Shown here: positions 12,451 through 26,945 of the stretch, piece after piece
Layout of the letters: the number at the start of each line of letters is the position of its first letter
Numbering within the stretch: the stretch's first letter is position 1
Translations under genes and position numbers: made by a program
NCBI GenBank assembly: GCA_002633005.1
Contig: NMRA01000583.1
Coordinates: forward strand, 146,753 to 210,752
Length of the DNA stretch: 64,000 bases
Reading direction: 5' to 3'
Origin: Phoronis australis
Taxonomy: Eukaryota > Animalia > Phoronida
The notes under the pieces: model-generated
The model's input: only the letters and a program-made list of their open reading frames with translations
Databases searched by the model: none
What the model was told of the DNA's origin: nothing

Positions 12451-15400
12451 AAAACGAGATCATGCACTTTCTTAACTCTGAGACAAACGAAAGTTCTACC
12501 GCCCTGTAATCCGGGATGGCCTTATTCTACGGGAGCGTCTGAACCAGTGTTCCAGTTTACAAGTTCGTGACAATATCCCGCTACCGCGGCGAGGAGAGCG
12601 CGCATTTTTTACTTCTCGATCGAATCTTTGTGTATATTCTGATTTCTATGGTCTCAGCCTGTTTGTATACGATCTAAGGATATTTGGCTGAAAACTGTAA
12701 TTATCTAAATGATCTTAACCGTTGCATGAATGTCTCAACGAAACTGTTAATTCGAGCAATGAACTGCAGAACATAAAGTTCCCCACACCGGTTGGCCAGT
12801 ATTAATTGTCCGGTACTTTGACAAGTTAATGTCATAAATCCGGTCATTAATTGCCATTCAGGTCGTCAGCATGCAAGACAAGATTTTCTCAGTATCAGGT
12901 GTTTCGATTTACTGCAGAAAAAGGTAAGTTCAGCAAAAAATATGTCGTAACTTAGCCAAACAGTGCTGTTACGTGATCGATGGAGTTTATCTCCTAACGT
13001 GTTGCCGACATATCTCTTGCGGGATTTTGTTTAGCTCTACGCAACCTGTCCACCAATTTCCGAAATGTCACCAATGCCTTGAAGAATAATAGCGAGTTAG
13101 CGAGGACTTTCATTTAAATTCTTGTTGAGTTATTTAACGACCTTTTAAGTTAAGGTAATATCCGCTACTCCCATTTCCGAAATGCGGAGTCGTAATGTTG
13201 TTAAAAATGAAATCGAAGCTAGTAAAGCACAACTCTTTCTTGACAATTCATCGGGCAAGTACCGAAGCCCTCTTTCAAAAGCATTTATAAAGTCATTTTT
13301 GACATTTCCAAGGTTGAAAAGTTTTGATTATCGCTCAAAACACTATTCAAATGGTTATAGAAACGTATGTGAAACTCTCTTTGATTGAAAGTACCTGGAC
13401 GTTTACACAACAAACATCGAGTTTTAAGGCTTGTTACAAGAAGTAATTCCGTGGTATGCACTCGAGTGTTGCTCTGTTGATTAATAATATTTAGGGGCGA
13501 TCGGACAGTAAATGATACTCGCTACCGGACCTTATGTGTAGGCCTCTGAAATTTGAACAAAATACATAGTTTCGTTGTCATTTCTTATCAGCAATAGTAA
13601 GTGCCTGTACATGGCACGTAAAATATCATATACTAAGTTTTCTTCAACATACCCTGTGTCAAATGTGCCGTGTGTTTGGGATCACCAATTGAACCAGATC
13701 GGACACCTTAATGTGGGATTGTATGGACTGTCGTTCAAGCTGAGCGTTATCGCCACAAAAGTTACTGTAGGAGCAGGATAGCATTAGTGTTAGCGAGAAT
13801 AACATTGCTACGCAAACTCAACCATGCATGTGACACTTGAGATGCAGAGGACGTACTTAATTTCAAATGAGAAATTGTACACTTAGCTTTGTCACACACC
13901 GACGACAATGAAAAGGTGTGAACTCTTTTTTGAACCACGTGCAAACAGAACTGCCATTATTTGCAATAAACCATCCGTGCTCATCAAATTGCAAGGTGTA
14001 AAACCTAAATGAGAAAAGAAATAGATTTAAGCTATATTTTGTTATGACGACATGAATAAACAGTGATACTATTGATGCATGAAATTAAATAGTTAAATTA
14101 CACCGTTAATATAAAAAGGGTGATGAACCCTGATTTATTGCCATAAAACTAAAAATTTTTAATGCGTAAATACAATGTGCCAAATGGAATTTTAAAATGT
14201 AATGATATTTTATTTTGCACTGGTCAGATAACTTGTATTTCTGTCGCTTTGGTTGACTATACGACCGCCGTGTAGCAAAACTGAATCACATGACTGACAA
14301 CTTTTCGCTGAGTTATGTCTTTATTTAAAAAATTAGGTTCTACTTGTCCAATTGAAGGTGACAGGACCAGCTTAGGGTAAAATTTGCAAATCAGGACTGT
14401 AAAACCAAATTATGTAAAATCAACCCAGATGATGAATGCGAAATGTTTGTAGATAGGAAAGATGCAAAGGGTGTCTCTAAAGTTAATGTGATTTCACCAG
14501 TGGAGCCTACCACTGAGGCCTAGCAACTGAAACTTGTCGCCTCACTAGATCCGTTGCAGGTCCCCCCACTTCGAACCTTACCGCGTTTTAGGTTCTGGAA
14601 AACGACGTACTTGCCGCGGCAGTAATCGTACACAAATAAAATGGGCCGCACTTATACTACACCGTTGTCTCAGTTACTTGCCAACCTGAATTACGATCAA
14701 TATTCAAACGAAAAATTGTCAGTAGTAGGCAACACTATGCCTAATTACTTTGGGCGCTGTCTGGGATATCTGAGCGTAAAATTGCACTACATAAATACCA
14801 TAGATTATGATAGATACAATGTTCATAAAATTTCAACATTTTCTTCTCAATGTAATTGTTATGCTTGACAATGTATTTTTTTCGTGTTCACGTCGGAATG
14901 AGCCACTCTTTAGTCCGGCAATCAAGGTTGATGAAAACATTCGTATTTTTAGCAAGTTTTCATTCAAATGTTTATCAACGTCGAATAAATTTCAAAATGA
15001 AACTCGCGTTTGCGACTATTGCTGTAATACTTATATTTTGCATTTTGTAACAACGACAGTACATGGTGCAGTACTTCCGTTGCTAGGTAACACCGAGCCA
15101 AATATTGCGGATGTCGACGACATCTTGTGAGGCAATTAACAAGACAGTTAAGGAAGGAAAATAAATGAAACCCAGTTACCAAAATAAACATGATCACTTA
15201 GCGTTGCATTTGATATCCGATATTGTAACCTAATATCACGCTTTTTGGACTGAAATTACCGCATGCGATTACACGTAGAATGGTGACCCGATTGTGTTCG
15301 CTTACACAGTACATGATTAATATGGTGGATATTATTAGGCTTCAGGTTCGCAGCAGTGAATTAAATTAACTTAGTGATTTATTGTCACATTGCCCAAATT

Positions 15401-16227
15401 CTAATTTGAAATATGGAAAAGTAGTACCTCACGGTACGTTTTATATTCATCACATATGCTTTTTAAGTTTCTTTCATTTTTCTGCAGTTTTTTCAAATAC
15501 GTCACCCAAACTGTTCACGTGGTGGATCACATTCCATTTGTGTGTACTTGCGCGTTAGGTTACACGTTTTCTCTAGTAAAAGAAACGATTAGTTTTAAGT
15601 TGGACGATTTATTACTTGAATCTAGATGGCAAAAATGAAAATAACGTTAACTGTGCATTGAACTTGTAACATTTCCTGAAAATAGTTAAATAATAACTAT
15701 GTTCGATATTGTGGTTACCAAGGAATCGGCTTCTTAGTTGCACACGATATAACATTTAGCAGCTGGAAACTGAAAAAGAAGTGTCATATAATTAACATTT
15801 TTGTTCCAGATGTTACGTTTGAGAGCTGATTGTATGTTGAGTGTTATTCACCGGTTGCACCTGGTCTGTTTGGCTCTCTATGATAATATACAAAGCTTGT
15901 TACAGCGTTTTTGAGACTTCAATTGAACACATATTTTATATTAAACGACATTTAGTATGCTACTGATACCCTGAATTTGCTATCAATGTTCTTTTGTCCC
16001 AACTTTTACTAAAAAGATTTGGTGATGTGGTCCAAATAATGACAGATGGGTGAAGTGCAACAAGCGACCTCTACAGGTTCTTTACTTTCAGAAAATGTAT
16101 ACTTTTACATGGTTAAAACCAATAGTTTTGTAGTGATCTGACAAAATACATAGACTTGTCCTTCATAACCTTTATTTGATACGGTTTGAGACTCACTTTC
16201 AAACTTTTATTCTATATGATGGTTGCC

Positions 16228-16742
16228 TAGTTACGAAGGCCCATGAGTGCCAGAAATGAATCTGGTTATTACGGATAACCAATCCTTAGTCCATGGGCGG
16301 CGCACCATAGGGGGCTGGGGAGCTATAGCCCCACTTCTCTTAGTGCTGCGCATAGGCGGATTTAGGGGGGCAGGGGGGGCCGCCCCTCCCCCCCCTTGGC
16401 TACCGCAAGCAAAATGAAACAGCAACAGTGTGAAGCGTGAGGAAATATTAAGTTCAGCAATTGGGGGTTGGGCTCAGGTCCCACAGGAATGATTGGTCCC
16501 GTCTTTTTAGTCCATTGATAGCTTTTCCTGAACCCGAACGGATCAGGTTCACATTCCTGCCGCCGCAACTTAATTTAGGGCGCTTTGCCCAATTCCCCGA
16601 GGCAACATGTTGGGCCCCCCTTATGGTATCCTAGCTCCGCCACTGCTGCGCCACCCATGGTCTACGGGCGGAGCACCATAGGGGGTGCCGCCCATGTTAT
16701 AACAGATTCAAATTTTCTGGCTTTTACGGGCCTTCGTAACTA
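16228..16742. mobile_element. TIR element (TAG...CTA ends) carrying nested GC-rich MITEs
   Basis: tagttacgaaggccc / gggccttcgtaacta TIRs. Inner pairs catgggcggc...gccgcccatg (~16292-16695) and cataggcgga...tccgccactg (16351-16645, flanked by CTGCG direct repeats). Confidence 0.6.
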
Positions 16743-17197
16743 GTCGCCTACTTGCCACAAAAAATGTTTCAGTGGACCCGTGTTTTCAATTCTGGTGCGC
16801 TGTCGTGTGATTTTTCGTTATATTGTTTACACGGCAAAAATTGTATTGGCAATTACCCGGTGTTTATGAGCCGACATCCGTCCCACAATGCATTTCAAGA
16901 ACGACAGCATACGTACCGAAATCTCCCAAATTCTCACACTGCCGTGTTAGTCTAACCATCCAACCACTCAGTTTCAGTTGAGGTTACTTAGTGACCTGGC
17001 TACTTGTTAAGTCAGCCGCTTGCGTGAACATGTGTGTGATCTCCCTTCACTCGTAAAACAATTATGGGGATTGGTCCTGGGAAATATGACATGGCAACTT
17101 GTTTTACGTGAAACAACGTTGCAATGAAAAATGTGTGCATGCATATCTACATGTTTGTCGACCTGGTTCACAACCAATCATCCTTATTAATTTACAG

Positions 17198-17333
17198 ACC
17201 CTAACCACTGGATCCGCCACACCTAGGAGTTCTATTACGTCGTCTCATGTTGCCTTGCGATTGGAACTGTCTCCCAACCATGTCTACTCTAATGACAGCT
17301 TCCGTTTCACGATGAAACTCTATAGAATACCAG
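17198..17333 (+). CDS. Exon 4 of CUB-like membrane protein
   Basis: ttaatttacag| ... cag|gtacat, phase 0 to 1. TLTTGSATPRSSITSSHVALRLELSPNHVYSNDSFRFTMKLYRIP resembles the C-terminal CUB strands. Confidence 0.72.
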
Positions 17334-20300
17334 GTACATTAAATTATATTGGTTAAATATCCTATTTATGACTTATATTAGCTTATCAACTGTAGGAATT
17401 CTATCCGTTTATAGTTTTCAGTTAGAGTTCAGCGGGACAACAGTTAGCCGCATCGAGTCGCCTAACCCCTTATACACGCTGAAATTAAAGTCGATGCGAC
17501 AACTACTTTCTTTACCAAGTTTAGTTCAGAAACGCAATGTGTCACACACGGCAAACTCCTAAAATAAAGGACGATGCCGGTAAACAAAACGTACGCGATG
17601 TTTCACAAATGCCAAACTCCTTAAGTAAAGGGCGCGTGCCAGTAGACAAAGTGCAATGTGCCACAGACGGGAAAATCCGGAAGCAAAAGGCACATTTCAG
17701 TAAACAAAACGATCTACTCTTGCCATATTTTTCTTTTAATAAAAACATTGATATTGGAAGTAACGCTGAATCAGCAACGATGTGAACACGTTCGTAACGT
17801 AAGCATCCACAATAAACTCTACACTTGAAAAACTGTCAACATTGTGTTTCTCACGAAATCAAATACACTTTTTAATTTGGATTCCACACTTGAAAAATGT
17901 ATTCAGATTGGGCAAAAAGGAAAGTCGGGGTTATATTACGGGGTATAAAAACAAATAAATAATTTTGTGAGTATCATGTCAGACACTTTGAATCACAGAA
18001 ATGTACAGGTGATGTAAGCATGTGTCATTGATTGACCGTAAGTCGCAATACAACTCAATATATACTGTACAAGTAGGGCGCCGGATTCGTTACTGTGTCT
18101 CATCGGCACACTGTGTTATATTATTGTACTGCATACTGGGCTAAGAAATAGTTTTTCTCACATGACCTGGAATGTGTTAATAGACGACTGGTTAATAACA
18201 CCGAGTAGGTAATTTTTGATATTACATTGGCGAACTAGAACTAAACGTGCAAAGTAGAAATCCAGACGCCTTACATTTTATCGCCTGCAAAAAAGCAAAT
18301 GCGCGCCAGCCAAACAATGCAGGAATTCCGATTTGACAAGGTTATGATTGACAAATGGAGTGTCGCAAGTGTACGTATTCTCAGTCGGAAGGACATGCAA
18401 ACAGCTTCTTAAACGAACCCATTTTCGACGGCTAATTCCATATCCATGCACGTTCATTCAAACGGAGACGAACCCCAACTCAACTGAGAAACGCGGTGAG
18501 ACTGTGTCTGTGTTGTCTCAAGCCGGAGGCAAAACGTACCCGCTCATCCAAAACCTTTTCCACAAAAAGATGGCGCTTCCCATCAATCACGTGGTTTCTC
18601 ATTTACTTATCGCTAAGGGACGCACTCGGCTGACTGCTAACGGAGACCGTCAACGTCTTTGCTGCTAAGAACTTAGGGGAGAATCTTGACAAAGCACCTT
18701 GACCTACATTCCGCTGCGGCTGACGTCACAGGGACTAAGTAAAAATTAGCCCCAGGTCACGAGAGTTCATGAACCAGAAAATGGTAGCGTATTTGTGTGG
18801 AAAATAAATTTTTGTGTCCAACGTTGAATCAACTCATTGTTTCAAAACCCCGTTTGTAATAATAATTTGTAACTTATAAGAATTAAGATGAAAGCTAACA
18901 GAAAATCTACGCTGTTGAGGTTAGTGAATCTCAGCCTACATGCGGGTAATTATGTATTCAATGAACGTGACCATGATGGTGACCAGGCGACATATATAAC
19001 TCTTTCAAATAAACCTTTTTTCTCTTCAATCTCTAGCTTTTCAGCGAACTCATTGGTCAGTACTTGTCGCAACGTTCACCCGATAAACTTCATATAATAA
19101 ATTATTTCACCATGCGGTAAATCGCACAAAATTCTTAGTTGGAGTTCGGGCAAACACCGGCGCGCTGCCGAGTGTCCCCATAATTGAAACCAAATGAATT
19201 AGGATAATGAAAATTTATCCTTTACGTCAAAAATGCATAAAGATCTTTGGCAATTCACTTTTAGTTGTTACGCAAATTCCCCGTGGTGTTGAGATTAAAC
19301 ATTCTGTCGGGCCATTTTTTTCTGTGTTATTCAACTTTTTTAGTTAGGCGCAGTGAGGTGTAATTCATATTCCAATTTGCAGACTACAATGTTGCAAACC
19401 TTTGAGGAGCATGTGCCTCTTGACTTTGCCACCACACCAGCTTTTCAAGCGGCTAAAAACCAGGCCCACTTTCCACGTGGCTTACCGAGATTTTGTCAAC
19501 TCATGCAATATTTAATTAGGTTGAAATCGAACCACCCATATTTTTAAATTATTCGCGAATTATACATGTACATGATGTGCATGTTAAGTTTCATTCTTTT
19601 TAGATATTTTCGGTCTTCAATGTTTCGTTAGCCAATAAAGGTCCAGCAGACACAACGGCAGCTAAGGCGCGGGCCTGGCGGCTGTCAATATTTTATGTAT
19701 AGGCAAAGGCAAAAGAGACTGGTTTCAATATATATAAGTATCAATTTAAGCATCTGAACACAGCTTCTAGCATGCACTATAAACATGTTGGTGGCCATGA
19801 TTAATAACAGCTAACAGTTTAAACAAAAAGTGAAGCACTGATCTCGTATTGTTACAACTTCGCGGTGTGACGTAAGCAGCTGTAGAATGTGCTTGGTCAA
19901 AATTCTATCAGATTTCCCACCAGAATGTCACATGATTGTGAGCAGCGCTACCTCTTAGTAAAGCGTCACTGCATCCAGCGCTATCTGTTTGTGGTAAAGG
20001 TTTTGGATGAGCGGGTACCTTTTGCGTCTCAAGCTCAATTCAGTGCTCACGCTCGGGGAAGCCTTGCTGACAGTTATTTATAAACATTTTTTTAAGTTTT
20101 AATGTTACAACTTCAATGATTATTTATTAGATTTTAACTTGAATATTTGCAATTCACGATTGTTAAGTTTAAAATAAAACTATTAACAAACTGAATTACT
20201 TTACATTGCGCAAGTGTGTTTTTACAAAAATTGCGTCATGTGGTTGAAAGTTCTATACACGTCCAGTTTTTCGGCAAAAAGGTGGTTCATGTGAAAAAAC

Positions 20301-20472
20301 AACAGCCTCCGGATTTCGACAAAATTTCCAAACAGCTTTGCCCATGTCATAAACCTGAGACGAGTGTAGGATACTGTATTTGCGTACTGTTTTGGAGACA
20401 GAAGTGTGTATGTGCTTCACGCTCCCGTAATTGATTCTGTTTAATCTTGATTGTCTCATTATCTCATTACAG

Positions 20473-20603
20473 ACGCTCCAACCGCTCAAAAGCTAACCGG
20501 TAGCAACGACCTCACTGTTTTTCTAAGTGCTGGTATTTCTGGTGGAGGTGGCTCTCTGCTTGTTATGTGTTGTTGCATTTATTGCTGCTGCGTCAAAAAA
20601 TGA
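20473..20603 (+). CDS. Terminal exon 5 of CUB-like membrane protein (TM segment and Cys-rich tail)
   Basis: ctcattacag|, phase 1. DAPTAQKLTGSNDLTVFLSAGISGGGGSLLVMCCCIYCCCVKK*. The five exons sum to 591 nt (196 aa plus stop). Confidence 0.72.
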
Positions 20604-23093
20604 GCGATACAACTCATTCAAGTGCTGAAGTTAAAAAATACGCAACCTAGTATAAAATCACATACTTTTATAATTAATGTTAAAACCAAAATTCGACAAA
20701 ATGCAGCAAAATAATAGGATTTGACGTAATAATTTTACCCGCAGAAACAATTCATCTTTAAATTAAGAAGCAAACTATCTTTGCGTGTGAATTAAAAGTT
20801 TAGATACAGCCTCCTAGATTACATGGAAGATGAAATATTTTTGTGTTTTGATTGACCTGTTAGAAATACTACGATTATGGGTTGGATTATGGGCTCTCAT
20901 CGTGAGTCAAGTTTCACTGAGCCAAAAACACGTGACCGTCCAGCAGACTGAGGACCCACCAAGTTACTCCCTTGGGTGTCTGGTCTTGGAATTGCTCAAA
21001 AACATTTATTGAACTTGTGCTCTTGATTGGCATTCAGGCATTTGTATAAGCATTTTATTAACTCCCATAACGTATAAGAACATGCAGCTAAGGTCTACCG
21101 ACAGAATAAATAAAGGCTCGATCATTAAGCGGTTTACAGTACATGTAGTTTTAAACTGCTGGTTGTATGCTATTTTCGTTAATAAACAATATAAACAGCT
21201 TGATTTGAGAGTATTTTTATCCGTTTTAATTACAAGCACTTGATGCACAGCAGTAGCTGAGTAGATACGATGTGAGGCAGACTCCAGAGCCTATGTCAGT
21301 GCATACGACACCCGCTGCACACACTGGCTTATGCGGTTTAACCCTGTCGTGCAAACAGATTTATAGCAGGTACACTGTACATTGTAATACACTGTCACAA
21401 TGTGCATTGAATTCACATGAGATTGGAGGGTCGGAGCGTGTTGGGTGTTACAGCTCCACTGCATACCTACGATTTCATAGGCCCCTGCGCAATTGTTTAT
21501 ATCCTGAATTAGGTGCTTGCGCCAAGGGAAGCATTCAAAAAGATAAGAACCCCGTTTTCATGATTTCAACCGATCCTCGTCCTGTCACCTACAGATGCAT
21601 CATTGACGTCAACCTTGAAAGAAAGCAGGAATCAACTAAAAGCTCGTTCTCCTATTTCACAAACTGGACATTATAGTCCTTGGTGGGTGGGATTTTCCGA
21701 CAGTTGCCGTGTAATTCGCTAAAGCGTAGGTCACGTTTGCCCGTTTAGCAAAAATTGGAAAGGAGTTTTCACTAAATTCCCTTTCAAACTTTTAAGGGTT
21801 GTCCAGGGTTACAGGGCATTATTTTGTTTCAGAGAAGTGGACGTTTTTATTATCTGTTTTAACATGATACCTATTAAAATAGGCCAAAACCGGCTTTGGT
21901 ATCCTTTTAAGTAAAGCCGCTGGTCTCCGCTTCACAGAACACCATTGTCGGCAGTTAATAGTGCACGTTTCCCTATTTTCTCGCCAGACGTCGCTTTTTT
22001 CGGTGTGGTTTCCCATTTCTTCACGCTTATTCGATACTAAGTTCGCATCCATTTTCGTGTGACGCCGGTTATCGTGTACGTTACGACATATATTTGTACA
22101 TTATAATGTCGCACGGGAAATGACGAATTGCATTGTATCGAATGAGCTTATATTTCCGCGTTCTAATTCCCGGGCACGCCAAAACACAAACAATGACATT
22201 GCCGGGATAATTTCTTGGCATAGAGCTTATTAAAGCAGTGGTTATTTATAGAAGAGCCTCTTTTAGGTTAAAAATGTAGTTGAGAGATAAATATAACGAG
22301 GCACTCAAAAAACAAGTTTACACTGTGATTAAGCACAAAGTGCATTGTTTTTAAAACCTAAAATGAGACTCTTCGTAATATGGCGACTACGTGAATAAGT
22401 TCTATTGCAGCGTACGGTGTACATTTGACCATTGCTTTATGGCCTAGATCCAGATGTCCCGCTTTTCCATTTTCGAACGTTGCCAATTATGTACATGTAT
22501 ATATATATATCTGGATTTTTAGCAAACTGTGAGGGTACACTTGTAGAAAATTAATGTGCTCATGATATTTGGCAGCTTATGAACATGTGAGATCTGAAAA
22601 TAATTTTGATTCGGATGTTATCAATCTAACAATATACAGTATTCAACTGAATAATTAGTGAAACCCTAACATATAAGTAAAAAGTACAACATTTGTACGA
22701 ATTGCCTAATAGACAGTTATCAAGAGGGTGAAAAAACATCGCATTTGATGATAACAACCTGAAACGCGTTCAAACAGTGATTGTGGAGAATGTCAAGAGG
22801 AAAACGCCGTGAGACCAGTCCTACTTCATGTTTGTTTTTGTGATAAGGAATCCATGATTTAAATACCTTGTAGCCCAGTTTAGTTGATGATACTATGACT
22901 ATCACATTTTAAATAGTTACTTCACCAGAGAGATTTGACCTTCGGTATGCCAGACGTTTTTACTTCCGCGTAAACAACTGCCAGCCGACAGCCAATAGTG
23001 CGTTGTGTGTTGTTGTCAGTGGCGTCAGAGTGCGAGCCCTGGGAACCAAGTTAGTAAAATTGTAGAGCAAATCTTCAAAACATCATGCGAGCG

Positions 23094-24115
23094 AAATTTT
23101 ACGGTGCTGTTTATACGGTGCCGTTAGGGGTCACAGCACAGCAGGAAACCACAACAAACCATTGCCGAAAGTTCAGAACACAACAAAAAAGTACGGTGGC
23201 CGTAGGGGACACAAGACACGAGGGAATCACAACACGCCCGCGAAAGTTCACAACACAACAGAAAAAGGCCACAGCAAGTCAGAGAAAGCTCACAACACGT
23301 CAAATACACTGCCAACACGCCAATAAATCCCTTCACGGCACAACACACCAGAGATAATTTCACGGCTTAGCAGGGAGCTCACAGATTTCTTGACTAGCTA
23401 ACCATTGAACAAATGACACGGTAGTGTGACATGCTTTGGTAAAAATTACATCCGGTACAGAGGGAAGACAATTTCACTGTTCTTAATTACTTTAAAATGC
23501 AGCCACTCAATTTTTATTTTTTTGTTTGGTAATTTGAACTGTTTGCAACCAAATTTGCATGAGCTCAACAAGTCTTGGTAACCTAGAAAGAGCTTTCAGA
23601 TGCACATAAACAGCCAAGCACTGTTAATATCTTTATGTCAATCATGTGCGACTAATTCAATTATACGATGGAGTATAATTAATATGTATGATGATATGTT
23701 GCTTAGACTGATTATACCGGATGATTCATTTCTGTATTCAGTTATCCTCATAATCACAATTAATTCATTGACATGGTAATAAAGTATGAAAATTCAGATT
23801 GGAGCACTTTGTTGTTCTCTAAATTGCGCTTTATTGGTTATTATGGAAATGATTTCGAAACTGAATCATCATTTTACAACCCACTCAGTCCTTGTTGTTT
23901 TTCGGGTTGGCTAGCAATGGCTTATTCTAAAACAGGTACCTTATGTGGATAACTTAAAGGGACAACAAACGCCAAAATGTGAATTGTGACCGTAGACGTC
24001 ACAGTTGTGAACCTTCTCTGGTGTGCTCTGGTCTTTATCTGTAGTGTTTGGAACTTTCTCTGGCGTGTTGTGGTTCTCTGATGTGTTGTGGTCTTTAAAC
24101 GGCACTGTAAAATTT
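23094..24115. mobile_element. About 1-kb non-autonomous TIR element with CACAACA-rich subterminal repeats
   Basis: aaattttacggtgctgttta and taaacggcactgtaaaattt are an 18/20 inverted match. cacaacac repeats on the left mirror gtgttgtg repeats on the right. Confidence 0.55.
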
Positions 24116-25354
24116 ACTTACGTGTTACAAAATGGTAGGCTTCGAGATTTATTTAATGAACATTTTTAGCATGGACAAAAACAGCCACCAAAACTGTTTA
24201 AAACGTGTACGTATGCAAAGAATATTCAACTACGCCTGTAAGTAGAGCTTAGGCGCAGGCGTCGATATGCCGCGAAACACTGAATGAGTGAATTTTTTTG
24301 AAAACGCATTATTTTGGATACAGGACCATAGATCTAAGAACGCTCAAAAAATACGCTGCATGTTTTATGAAAGTGAAGTGCTAGCATAAAATCTGAGGAA
24401 TGTCCTGGAGCATGCTGCGGGAATGACGATCTTATAAGAAGGGCTTCACTGATCAAGTTTAAGGTGATATTGATGCTGATGAAGGCGACAAATTGTTGGC
24501 GCTGTGGAATGGAGTATTAATATAACGGATGGTTTCTGGCTTCAAGAAGAGTGTGGTAGTAAAATGAATGAATACGAGTGTTTGATCAAATATCTGTATT
24601 TTCTGTCAAGCTAATTTCAGTGTAGTTTTAGAAGTAGACTGTTGAAAATAATGAAATATACGAGTATTGGTGGCATTTATTATTCCAGGCTGAGACCAAG
24701 TGCAAAACTCTATTGCATTGTATGACTTCGTGTGAGGTTTCCATTATACTTTGTACTACAAGCAGTTCTCATTTTACGCAGGTTTATTTAGTACAAAAAC
24801 AAAGCAATATACAGTGTAATTACAGTAAGTGATACGTTTGATATCTGTCAATACCTAACAATCATCTATTCATATACAGTAATATTTGTTTTAATACGTT
24901 TTTATACACTGAACTGGATCATGGATCTTTAGTTGGAAACCGGTGCTTCGTTCACTGAACAGGTTTTTATCCAGATTAAATAAATTACCACTACAATTAT
25001 GTATACTACCACCACTAACACTCATTACCAACAAACAATAGCATATCGTGATTCACGTATGTTATCAATTCATGCAAGTTGCGTGTATCTGTCTTACGTG
25101 TATAGTTCTTTGTTGTAATAAGTTACCATGTCACTTTGTGTTAACTCGTAAGCTGTCCTCTTTTTACACAACATGGGGAATTGTGCTGTGAATCCTATTT
25201 TGTTTCACATTAGAAATGGAAAATTCGAATATCATAAAACTTCCAGTTCAATTAGAAATGAGCTACACCTTAAAACTTGCGTCTTACTATAGTCTCGCTT
25301 GAAACGATAGTTATGTTGACCGAAACATGACACGCAGATCTCATCAAGGCTGTG

Positions 25355-25393
25355 TTAATTATTGTTGTTATTTTCTTCGAAGAACATGAAATC
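25355..25393 (-). CDS. PLSCR: Phospholipid scramblase, coding exon 9 (last)
   Basis: ctttcag|DFMFFEENNNNN*, the canonical PLSCR C-terminal DFMFFE. Confidence 0.9.
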   Translation of the reverse strand, partial: DFMFFEENNNNN

Positions 25394-25828
25394 CTGAAAG
25401 ATAAGAATTCAAATGTTTACACGAAGATTCCCCATACGCCACTTGTTCATGTCCAGCGTTATACATGATTTTGTTGTCAACATTCCAAATGTCAGAACAA
25501 CATCAAACAACGTCGACGAAAAACGACGTCTGAATCACCCAGTATCACCAGCATTTCAATTCATTTGCTTTTCAACAAGTTTTATTGCTGTAAACAACGA
25601 AGGCGAACTAACACAGAATTTGATTTCGTTACATTGCGCATCATCTGACCTCGAGGTCTCTTGCCTACGCTCTACACTGAACTCGAAACAAATACACCTT
25701 TGTACCACAACCATGCCGCACGACTGGTTCAATTTCGAGTCTGAGTTCAGAGATTGGATCCTCGACCCTGATCACAACTTGGACTTAGGTCCAAGTCCAC
25801 CCACATGTATTAGAACGCCAAGACTTAC

Positions 25829-25887
25829 AATTAGAATTGTTGCTCCCAAAAGTGTAGCTTTCATCTTCACATCCAGGTCCATCGGGA
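25829..25887 (-). CDS. PLSCR: Phospholipid scramblase, coding exon 8
   Basis: FPMDLDVKMKATLLGATILI, AG/GT bounded, phase 1 to 0. Confidence 0.93.
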
Positions 25888-26842
25888 CTGAAATGGGAAA
25901 GTTGGTGAAACATTCAGGCACTTTCAAAGCTTTGATGATCATCAATTTGACATATTCATACGCTGCTTTGGGTGATGTCAGTCGTCATCACATCTTTATA
26001 ATTGTAGCAAAAAACGATGCATGGCTTATTCAGTTATTTACACTGTAGACCTCTCTTTGATTCGACTACTCTAACTTGTGGACGGTTACACTACACAGTA
26101 TCCGTCATAGTTAATTCTCTGTTTACCCTACACTAATATGCGCATTGGAGCATTTTAAGAAATTCCATGTTTACTACTGTTCTGCTTCCAAAAAGAGCCC
26201 CTGTGCTTTAACACCACATTATGGACGTTCTCTTCGTGAGCAGCTTGGCTACTATAGCAGTAGTCTGAGGAAACTTTACTTGACGAGTGATAAAACCTGA
26301 CATTTTTCAACGGTTCCAAACCGAAACGTCAATGAACACTGCCATGTCTGCTAAGCATTGAGAGGCGACTGCTTACATCAAAAGCCAGTGGTATCAGACA
26401 GCAACGAGCTGCGCTGATCCATCTACGGGGAAATCGTGACAGTGACAAGAGTCGTGCAAGCTCCATGGAATACCAATGTGTGTTTGAAAACTAGGAAAAG
26501 TGTGTTGTCATCTTTTTGCGTAAACCCCACGGCTCAAACCCGAGAAATGATGATGTAAAACAAACTGGGTTTCTTCTAAGCGGAGCAAACTGGCGTAAAA
26601 TTTATCCCGGTGCCAGCTTCGTTTTTCAGAACAGCATAAGTTTACACAATGAGTCGCACCTAAAGAAGTTGTTCCTTGAACAACCTGTGACGGTTCAAGC
26701 GGAGCATAAAAGGGATATGAAAGTGCGTACATTTGTGTTTTGCGTACCATCTTTTTTCGTGACAAAAATGTATTTCAGAATTCGATTCTTATTATGTCTA
26801 CATGCGCAATGTTTATAAAAGCAATTGTGTGAAAGAACTTAC

Positions 26843-26945
26843 ATGTAATTCCAAAGTTATCAGCATTCACAAACATTTCTTTTGCGAATCCCGCCCATTG
26901 CTTGCTTATCTTGCCCACGTCCATCTTACCGTCAGTGGTCTGGAG
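26843..26945 (-). CDS. PLSCR: Phospholipid scramblase, coding exon 7
   Basis: LQTTDGKMDVGKISKQWAGFAKEMFVNADNFGIT, with the GKISKQW and ADNFGI motifs. Confidence 0.93.

Noticed and set aside
12862-12923. Exon-like segment with a strong donor in the CUB-like gene
   Set aside because: Its best open frame is not phase-compatible with exons 3 and 4, which join cleanly without it.
25413-26048. 211-aa + strand ORF
   Set aside because: Antisense to scramblase exon 8 and its introns, with no recognisable motif.
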